Assembly (NCBI GenBank): GCA_030390025.1
Contig: JASTWF010000368.1
Span: 434,001 to 471,608, forward strand
Direction: 5' to 3'
DNA length: 37,608 bases
Origin: Squalus acanthias
Lineage: Eukaryota
Of the stretch, positions 1 to 37,608 are shown piece by piece. A program made the position numbers and the translations under genes. The notes beneath the pieces were generated by a model. It was not told the DNA's origin. It worked only from the letters and a program-made list of their open reading frames with translations, and did not search any database. Positions within the stretch are counted from its first letter, which is position 1. Each line of letters opens with the position of its first letter.

Positions 1-177
1 ATCACACTGACCTCCGATCCCTCGTCCCGCTCGCCCACTGGGAGAGCTGATCGGGCAGAGGGGGCATCACATTGGCCTCCGATTCCCCCATCCTTCTCAC
101 CCACTCGGAGAGCAGCAACATCTGATGCATCTCCAGGCATGGAAAGTCCAGAGCAGGGCGAGGTTATAACTATCAGT

Positions 178-590
178 AAAGATTAAACAGGCTGGGGCTC
201 TTTTCTCTTGAAAAGGGAAGGCTGAAGGGTGACCTGTTGGTGCTCTTTAAGATTATGAATGGGTTCGATAGCGTAGAGGTAGAGAAGATGTTTCTACTTG
301 TGGGGGCAAGACCAGAACTAAGGGCCATCGATATTGTCCAATGGGGAACTCAGGAGAAACCTCTTTACCCAGAGAGTGGGGAGAATGTGGAACTCGCTCC
401 CACAGGGAGTGGTTGAGGCGAATGGCAGAGATGCATTTAAGGGGAAGCTGGATAAACACAGGAGGGAGAAAGGAATAGAAGGATGTGTTGATGGGGTGAG
501 ATGAAGAGGGTGGGAGGAGGCTCGTGTGGAGCATAAACTGCGGCACGGACCTGTTGGGCCAAATGGCCTCTTTCTGTGCTACGTGTACTT
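178..590 (+). mobile_element. Degenerate CR1-type LINE 3' fragment (end of ORF2 plus 3' UTR)
   Basis: agattaaacaggctggggctcttttctcttgaaaag...tttacccagagagtg...gtggaactc...gcatttaaggggaagctggataa matches the RLGLFSLE...FTQRVV.WN pattern of the other CR1 copies in this window. Confidence 0.8.
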
Positions 591-690
591 TGTGATGCAG
601 GTGTGTGTGTGTGTCCGTGTGTCCAGTTGGCCATGTTTTCTGGCGGTGTGGCCTATGCCCTGACGCTCTCTTGCTCTCCGCTCTCTCCAG

Positions 691-28837
<28,147 letters not shown>

Positions 28838-28889
28838 GTAGGTCTGGCGGCAATCTGGCAATCTGGCAAAATGTGAGCGGAAGATCCCA

Positions 28890-29202
28890 CTTGCACGGTC
28901 CGACCCGAGCTGAGCTTCCGACCCGACATCCTCTCCATCGTCGGGACCGCTTACTTTCTCCGTCTCCACTCGCCCCCCAACTCATCTGCTGCTACAACCC
29001 TCATCCCTGCTCGCTCCTGGCCGGCCTCCCACCTTCCACCCTCGACCGAACCTCTGCTGCCCCGTATCAAAACTCGCACCGAGTCCCGTTCACAGATCAC
29101 CCCGATCACCGAGCTCGCTGACCTACATTGGCTCCCGGTCTGGCAACGCCGCGACTTAAAATTCTCATCCCCTCGTGTTCAAATCCCTCCATGGCCCTCG
29201 CC
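28890..29202 (+). mobile_element. Degenerate L2 LINE ORF2 C-terminal fragment
   Basis: gacccgagctgagcttccgaccc (DPELSFRP) and ctcgctgacctacattggctcccggtc...aaaattctcatcc..gtgttcaaatccctccatggc (LADLHWLPV..KILI.VFKSLHG). Confidence 0.8.
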
Positions 29203-29226
29203 AGTGAAAATGGGTGGTGTTGTTGT

Positions 29227-32200
29227 TGGGAGTGAATGGGAAGGGGTTTGGGTCCATTGGGATTGTGTACAATGGGAGTGAATGGGAAGGGGTTTGGTCC
29301 ATTGGGTTTGTATACAGTGGGAGTGAATGGGAAGGGGTTTGGGTCCATTGGGATTGTGTACAATGGGAGTGAATGGGAAGGGGTTTGGTCCATTGGGATT
29401 GTGTATAATGGGACTGAATGGGAAGGGGTTTGGTCCATTGGGTTTGTATACAGTGGGAGTGAATGGGAAGGGGTTTGGGTCCATTGGGATTGTGTACAGT
29501 GGGAGTGAATAGGAAGGGGTTTGGGTCCATTGGGATTGTGTACAGTGGGAGTGAATGGGAAGGGGTTTGGGTCCATTTGGATTGTGTACAATGGGAGTGA
29601 ATGGGAAGGGGTTTGGGTCCATTGGGATTGTGTACAGTGGGAGTGAATGGGAAGGGGTTTGGGTCCATTGGGATTGTGTACAGTGGGAGTGAATGGGAAG
29701 GGGTTTGGGTCCATTGGGATTGTGTACAATGGGAATAAATGGGAAGGGGTTTGGGTCCATTGGGATTGTGTACAATGGGAGTGAATGGGAAGGGGTTTGG
29801 GTCCATTGGGATTGTGTACAATGGGAGTGAATGGGAAGGGGTTTGGGTCCATTGGGATTCTGTACAATGGGAGTGAATGGGAAGGGGTTTGGTCCATTGG
29901 GATTGTGTATAATGGGAGTGAATGGGAAGGGGTTTGGTCCATTGGGTTTGTATACAGTGGGAGTGAATGGGAAGGGGTTTGGGTCCATTGGGATTGTGTA
30001 CAGTGGGAGTGAATAGGAAGGGGTTTGGGTCCATTGGGATTGTGTACAGTGGGAGTGAATGGGAAGGGGTTTGGGTCCATTTGGATTGTGTACAATGGGA
30101 GTGAATGGGAAGGGGTTTGGGTCCATTGGGATTGTGTACAGTGGGAGTGAATGGGAAGGGGTTTGGGTCCATTGGGATTGTGTACAGTGGGAGTGAATGG
30201 GAAGGGGTTTGGGTCCATTGGGATTGTGTACAATGGGAATAAATGGGAAGGGGTTTGGGTCCATTGGGATTCTGTACAATGGGAGTGAATGGGTAGGGGT
30301 TTGGTCCATTGGGATTGTGCACAATGGGAGTGAATGGGAAGGGGTTTGGGTCCATTGGGATTCTGTACAATGGGAGTGAATGGGAAGGGGTTTGGTCCAT
30401 TGGGATTGTGTACAATGGGAGTGAATGGGAAGGGGTTTGGTCTATTGGGATTGTGTACAATGGGAGTGAATGGGAAGGGGTTTGGTCCATTGGGATTGAG
30501 TATAATGGGAGTGAATGGGAAGGGGTTTGGTCCATTGGGTTTGTATACAGTGGGAGTGAATGGGAAGGGGTTTGGGTCCATTGGGATTGTGTACAATGGG
30601 AGTGAATGGGAAGGGGTTTGGTCCATTGGGATTGTGTATAATGGGAGTGAATGGGAAGGGGTTTGGTCCATTGGGTTTGTATACAGTGGGAGTGAATGGG
30701 AAGGGGTTTGGGTCCATTGGGATTGTGTACAGTGGGAGTGAATGGGAAGGGGTTTGGGTCCATTGGGATTGTGTACAGTGGGAGTGAATGGGAAGGGGTT
30801 TGGGTCCATTTGGATTGTGTACAATGGGAGTGAATGGGAAGGGGTTTGGGTCCATTGGGATTGTGTACAGTGGGAGTGAATGGGAAGGGGTTTGGGTCCA
30901 TTGGGATTGTGTACAGTGGGAGTGAATGGGAAGGGCTTTGGGTCCATTGGGATTGTGTACAATGGGAATAAATGGGAAGGGGTTTGGGTCCATTGGGATT
31001 CTGTACAATGGGAGTGAATGGGTAGGGGTTTGGTCCATTGGGATTGTGCACAATGGGAGTGAATGGGAAGGGGTTTGGGTCCATTGGGATTCTGTACAAT
31101 GGGAGTGAATGGGAAGGGGTTTGGTCCATTGGGATTGTGTACAATGGGAGTGAATGGGAAGGGGTTTGGTCTATTGGGATTGTGTACAGTGGGAGTGAAT
31201 GGGAAGGGGTTTGTGTCCATTGGGATTGTGTACAATGGGAGTGAATGGGAAGGGATTTGGTCCATTGGGATTGTGTACAATGGGAGTGAATAGGAAGGGT
31301 TGTGGGTCCATTGGGATTCAGTATGGTGGGAGTGAATGGGAAGGGGTTTTGATCCATTGGGATTGTGTACAGTGGGAGTGAATGGGAAGGGGTTTGGTCC
31401 ATTGGGATTGTGTACAATGGGAGTGAATGGGAAGGGGTTTGGGTCCATTGGAATTGTGTACAGTGGGAGTGAATGGGAAGGGGTTTGGTCCATTGGGATT
31501 GTGTACAATGGGAGTGAATGGGAAGGGGTTTGGGTCCATTGGGATTGTGTACAATGGGAGTGAATGGGAAGGGGTTTGGGTCCATTGGGATTCTGTACAA
31601 TGGGAGTGAATGGGAAGGGGTTTGGTCCATTGGGATTGTGCACAGTGGGAGTGAATGGGAAGGGGTTTGGTCCATTGGGTTTGTATACAGTGGGAGTGAA
31701 TGGGAAGGGGTTTGGGTCCATTGGGATTGTGTACAGTGGGAGTGAATAGGAAGGGGTTTGGGTCCATTGGGATTGTGTACAGTGGGAGTGAATGGGAAGG
31801 GGTTTGGGTCCATTTGGATTGTGTACAATGGGAGTGAATGGGAAGGGGTTTGGGTCCATTGGGATTGTGTACAGTGGGAGTGAATGGGAAGGGGTTTGGG
31901 TCCATTGGGATTGTGTACAGTGGGAGTGAATGGGAAGGGGTTTGGGTCCATTGGGATTGTGTACAATGGGAATAAATGGGAAGGGGTTTGGGTCCATTGG
32001 GATTCTGTACAATGGGAGTGAATGGGTAGGGGTTTGGTCCATTGGGATTGTGCACAATGGGAGTGAATGGGAAGGGGTTTGGGTCCATTGGGATTCTGTA
32101 CAATGGGAGTGAATGGGAAGGGGTTTGGTCCATTGGGATTGTGTACAATGGGAGTGAATGGGAAGGGGTTTGGTCTATTGGGATTGTGTACAGTGGGAGT

Positions 32201-35200
32201 GAATGGGAAGGGGTTTGTGTCCATTGGGATTGTGTACAATGGGAGTGAATGGGAAGGGATTTGGTCCATTGGGATTGTGTACAATGGGAGTGAATAGGAA
32301 GGGTTGTGGGTCCATTGGGATTCAGTATGGTGGGAGTGAATGGGAAGGGGTTTTGATCCATTGGGATTGTGTACAATGGGAGTGAATGGGAAGGGGTTTG
32401 GGTCCATTGGGATTGTGTACAATGGGAGTGAATGGGAAGGGGTTTGGGTCCATTGGGATTCTGTACAATGGGAGTGAATGGGAAGGGGTTTGGTCCATTG
32501 GGATTGTGCACAATTGGAGTGAATGGGAAGGGTTGTGGGTCCATTGGGATTCGGTATGGTGGGAGTGAATGGGAAGGGGTTTTGATCCATTGGGATTCGG
32601 TATGGTGGGAGTGACTGGGAAGGGGTTTGGGTCCATTGGGATTGTGTACAGTGGGAGTGAATGGGAAGGGGTTTGGTCAATTGGGATTGTGCACAGTGGG
32701 AGTGAATGGGAAGGGGTTTGAGTCCATTGGGATTGTGTACAGTGGGAGTGAATGGGAAGGGGTTTGGGTCCATTGGGATTGTGTACAGTGGGAGTGAATG
32801 GGAAGGGGTTTGGGTCCATTGGGATTGTGTACAGTGGGAGTGAATGGGAAGGGGTTTGGTCCATTGGGATTGTGTACAATGGGAGTGAATGGGAAGGGGT
32901 TTGGGTCCATTGGGATTCTGTACAATGGGAGTGAATGGGAAGGGGTTTGGTCCATTGGGATTGTGTACAATGGGAGTGAATGGGAAGGGGTTTGGTCCAT
33001 TGGGATTGTGTACAATGGGAGTGAATGGGAAGGGGTTTGGGTCCATTGGGATTCTGTACAATGGGAGTGAATGGGAAGGGGTTTGGTCCATTGGGATTGT
33101 GTACAATGGGAGTGAATGGGAAGGGGTTTGGTCTATTGGGATTGTGTACAGTGGGAGTGAATGGGAAGGGGTTTGGTCCATTGGGATTCGGTATGGTGGG
33201 AGTGAATGGGAAGGGGTTTTGATCCATTGGGATTCGGTATGGTGGGAGTGAATGGGAAGGGGTTTGGGTCCATTGGGATTGTGTACAGTGGGAGTGAATG
33301 GGAAGGGGTTTGGTCCATTGGGATTGTGTACAGTGGGAGTGAATGGGAAGGGGTTTGGTCCATTGGGATTGTGTACAATGGGAGTGAATGGGAAGGGGTT
33401 TGGGTCCATTGGGATTGTGCACAATGGGAGTGAATGGGAAGGGGTTTTGATCCATTGGGATTCGGTATGGTGGGAGTGAATGGGAAGGGGTTTGGGTCCA
33501 TTGGGATTGTGTACAATGGAAGTGAATGGGAAGCGGTTTGGGTCCATTGGGATTCTGTACAATGGGAGTGAATGGGAAGGGGTTTGGGTCCATTGGGATT
33601 ATGTACAATGGGAGTGAATGGGAAGGGGTTTGATCCATTGGGATTGTGTACAGTGGGGGTGAATGGGAAGGGGTGTGGGTCCATTGGGATTGTGTACAGT
33701 GGGAGTGAATGGGAAGGGGTTTGGGTCCATTGGGATTGTGTACAGTGGGAGTGAATGGGAAGGGGTTTGGGTCCATTGCGATTGTGTACAGTGGGAGTGA
33801 ATGGGAAGGGGTTTGGGTCCATTGGGATTGTGTACAACGGGAGTGAATGGGAAGGGGTTTGGGTCCATTGGGATTCTGTACAATGGGAGTGAATGGGAAG
33901 GGGTTTGGTCCATTGGGATTGTGTACAATGGGAGTGAATGGGAAGGGGTTTGGGTCCATTGGGATTGTGTACAATGGGAGTGAATGGGAAGGGGTTTGGG
34001 TCCATTGGGATTCTGTACAATGGGAGTGAATGGGAAGGGGTTTGGTCCATTGGGATTGTGTATAATGGGAGTGAATGGGAAGGGGTTTGGGTCCATTGGG
34101 ATTGTGTACAATGGGAGTGAATGGGAAGGGGTTTGGGTCCATTGGGATTGTGTACAATGGGAGTGAATGGGAAGGGGTTTGGGTCCATTGGGATTCTGTA
34201 CAATGGGAGTGAATGGGAAGGGGTTTGGTCCATTGGGATTGTGTAAATGGGAGTGAATGGGAAGGGGTTTGGGTCCATTGGGATTGTGTACAATGGGAGT
34301 GAATGGGAAGGGGTTTGGGTCCATTGGGATTCTGTACAATGGGAGTGAATGGGAAGGGGTTTGGTCCATTGGGATTGTGTACAATGGGAGTGAATGGGAA
34401 GGGGTTTGGTCTATTGGGATTGTGTACAGTGGGAGTGAATGGGAAGGGGTTTGTGTCCATTGGGATTGTGTACAATGGGAGTGAATGGGAAGGGGTTTGG
34501 TCCATTGGGATTGTGTACAATGGGAGTGAATGGGAAGGGGTTTGGGTCCATTGGGATTGTGTACAGGTGGGAGTGAATGGGAAGGGGTTTGATCCATTGG
34601 GATTGTGTACAGTGGGAGTGAATGGGAAGGGGTTTGGGTCCATTGGGATTGTGTACAGTGGAGTGAATGGGAAGGGGTTTGGTCCATTGAGATTGTGTAC
34701 AATGGGAGTGAATGGGAAGGGGTTTGGTCCATTGGGATTGTGTACAATGGGAGTGAATGGGAAGGGGTTTTGATCCATTGGGATTGTGTACAGTGGGAGT
34801 GAATGGGAAGGGGTTTGGGTCCATTGGGATTGTGTACAGTGGGAGTGAATGGGAAGGGGTTTGGGTCCATTGGGATTGTGTACAGTGGGAGTGAATGGGA
34901 AGGGGTTTGGTCCATTGGGATTGTGTACAGTGGGAGTGAATGGGAAGGGGTTTGGGTCCATTGGGATTGTGTACAATGGGAGTGAATGGGAAGGGGTTTG
35001 GTCCATTGGGATTGTGTACAGTGGGAGTGAATGGGAAGGGGTTTGGGTCCATTGGGATTGTGTACAGTGGGAGTGAATGGGAAGGGGTTTGGTCCATTGG
35101 GATTGTGTACAATGGGAGTGAATGGGAAGGGGTTTGGTCCATTGGGATTGTGTACAATCGGAGTGAATGGGAAGGGGTTTGGTCCATTGGGATTCTGTAC

Positions 35201-37608
35201 AATGGGAGTGAATGGGAAGGGGTTTGGGTCCATTGGGATTGTGTACAGTGGGAGTGAATGGAAGGGGTTTGGGTCCATTGGGATTGTGTACAGTGGGAGT
35301 GAATGGGAAGGGGTTTGGGTCCATTGGGATTGTGTACAATGGGAGTGAATGGGAAGGGGTTTGGGTCCATTGGGATTGTGTACAGTGGGAGTGAATGGGA
35401 AGGGGTTTGGGTCCATTGGGATTGTGTACAGTGGGAGTGAATGGGAAGGGGTTTGGGTCCATTGGGATTGTGTACAATGGGAGTGAATGGGAAGGGGTTT
35501 GGGTCCATTGGGATTCTGTACAATGGGAGTGAATGGGAAGGGGTTTGGTCCATTGGGATTGTGTACAATGGGAGTGAATGGGAAGGGGTTTGGGTCCATT
35601 GGGATTCTGTACAATGGGAGTGAATGGGAAGGGGTTTGGTCCATTGGGATTGTGTACAGTGGGAGTGAATGGGAAGGGGTTTGGTCCATTGGGATTGTGT
35701 ACAGTGGGAGTGAATGGGAAGGGTTTGGGTCCATTGGGATTGTGTACAATGGGAGTGAATGGGAAGGGATTTGGTCCATTGGGATTGTGTACAATGGGAG
35801 TGAATGGGAAGGGGTTGGGTCCATTGGGATTCAGTACAGTGGGAGTGAATGGGAAGGGGTTTGGTCCATTGGGATTGTGTACAGTGGGAGTGAATGGGAA
35901 GGGGTTTGGGTCCATTGGGATTGTGTACAATGGGAGTGAATGGGAAGGGGTTTGGGTCCATTGGGATTGTGTACAGTGGGAGTGAATGGGAAGGGGTTTG
36001 GTCCATTGGGATTGTGTACAATGGGAGTGAATGGGAAGGGGTTTGGGTCCATTGGGATTGTGTACAATGGGAGTGAATGGGAAGGGGTTTGGGTCCATTG
36101 GGATTGTGTACAATGGGAGTGAATGGGAAGGGGTTTGGTCCATTGGGATTGTGTACAGTGGGAGTGAATGGGAAGGGTTTGGGTCCATTGGGATTGTGTA
36201 CAGTGGGAGTGAATGGGAAGGGGTTTGGGTCCATTGGGATTGTGTACAATGGGAGTGAATGGGAAGGGGTTTGGGTCCATTGGGATTGTGTACAGTGGGA
36301 GTGAATGGGAAGGGGTTTGGGTCCATTGGGATTGTGTACAGTGGGAGTGAATGGGAAGGGGTTTGGGTCCATTGGGATTGTGTACAATGGGAGTGAATGG
36401 GAAGGGGTTTGGGTCCATTGGGATTGTGTACAATGGGAGTGAATGGGAAGGGGTTTGGTCCATTGGGATTGTGTACAATGGGAGTGAATGGGAAGGGGTT
36501 TGGGTCCATTGGGATTGTGTACAATGGGAGTGAATGGGAAGGGGTTTGGTCCATTGGGATTGTGTACAATGGGAGTGAATGGGAAGGGGTTTGGTCCATT
36601 GGGATTGTGTACAATGGGAGTGAATGGGAAGGGGTTTGGTCCATTGGGATTGTGTACAATGGGAGTGAATGGGAAGGGTTTGGTCCATTGGGATTGTGTA
36701 CAATGGGAGTGAATGGGAAGGGTTTGGGTCCATTGGGATTGTGTACAGTGGGAGTGAATGGGAAGGGGTTTGGTCCATTGGGATTGTGTACAATGGGAGT
36801 GAATGGGAAGGGGTTTGGGTCCATTGGGATTGTGTACAATGGGAGTGAATGGGAAGGGGTTTGGGTCCATTGGGATTGTGTACAATGGGAGTGAATGGGA
36901 AGGGGTTTGGTCCATTGGGATTGTGTACAATGGGAGTGAATGGGAAGGGTTTGGGTCCATTGGGATTGTGTACAGTGGGAGTGAATGGAAGGGGTTTTGG
37001 TCCATTGGGATTCGGTACAGTGGGAGTGAATGGGAAGGGGTTTGGGTCCATTGGGATTGTGTACAGTGGGAGTGAATGGGAAGGGGTTTGGTCCATTGGG
37101 ATTGTGTACAGTGGGAGTGAATGGGAAGGGGTTTGAGTCCATTGGGATTGTGTACAGTGGGAGTGAATGGGAAGGGGTTTGGGTCCATTGGGATTGTGTA
37201 CAGTGGGAGTGAATGGGAAGGGGTTTGGGTCCATTGGGATTGTGTACAGTGGGAGTGAATGGGAAGGGGTTTGGTCCATTGGGATTGTGTACAATGGGAG
37301 TGAATGGGAAGGGGTTTGGGTCCATTGGGATTCTGTACAATGGGAGTGAATGGGAAGGGGTTTGGTCCATTGGGATTGTGTACAATGGGAGTGAATGGGA
37401 AGGGGTTAGGTCCATTGGGTTGTGTACAATGGGAGTGAATGGGAAGGGGTTTGGGTCCATTGGGATTCTGTACAATGGGAGTGAATGGGAAGGGGTTTGG
37501 TCCATTGGGATTGTGTACAATGGGAGTGAATGGGAAGGGGTTTGGTCTATTGGGATTGTGTACAGTGGGAGTGAATGGAAGGGGTTTGGTCCATTGGGAT
37601 TCGGTACA
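29227..37608 (+). repeat. 45/46-bp G-rich minisatellite (TGGGAGTGAATGGGAAGGGGTTTGGGTCCATTGGGATTGTGTACAR), about 184 copies, running off the window end
   Basis: Continuous tandem array of at least 8.38 kb; mixed 45- and 46-bp units cause the frame-switching ORFs. Confidence 0.98.

Noticed and set aside
1..115. Two imperfect copies of a roughly 65-bp unit at the window start
   Set aside because: Probably the end of an upstream array, but too short and diverged to define from this window.
29106..37520. Very long minus-strand ORFs (983-1732 aa; PNPFPFTPIVHN repeats)
   Set aside because: These are translations of a stop-poor 45/46-bp tandem repeat, open in all three frames, antisense within an intron, with no unique domain.

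Overview
Eukaryotic (vertebrate) genomic DNA, most likely from a cartilaginous fish (shark or ray), inferred from the CR1/L2 LINE, Deu-type SINE and Penelope fragments. The whole window lies inside one + strand gene for a membrane-associated phosphatidylinositol transfer protein (RdgB/Nir family, best guess PITPNM1). Ten internal coding exons (about 1.6 kb, about 535 aa, including the DDHD region) splice in frame with GT-AG boundaries. The N-terminal PITP and C-terminal LNS2 exons lie outside the window. The introns are mostly tandem repeats and retroelements: minisatellites with 31, 33, 42, 46, 61 and 67/102 bp units, a GGGTCAGT repeat, long CT and CA microsatellites, and several CR1 and L2 fragments. 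Highlights: (1) a three-tier nest in intron 9, where a hairpin-rich TIR element with an AAT TSD sits in a Penelope-like 3' end carrying an intact minimal hammerhead ribozyme, itself inserted with a 17-bp TSD into a CR1; (2) in-window evidence that two minisatellites were seeded from hairpin segments of retroposons (the 33-mer from a SINE body, the 42-mer from a CR1 3' tail); (3) higher-order structure within the arrays; (4) arrays that start just downstream of 5' splice sites. The very long ORFs in the ORF track are repeat artefacts, and there is no CRISPR array. Family assignments rest on motif recall, not on database searches.
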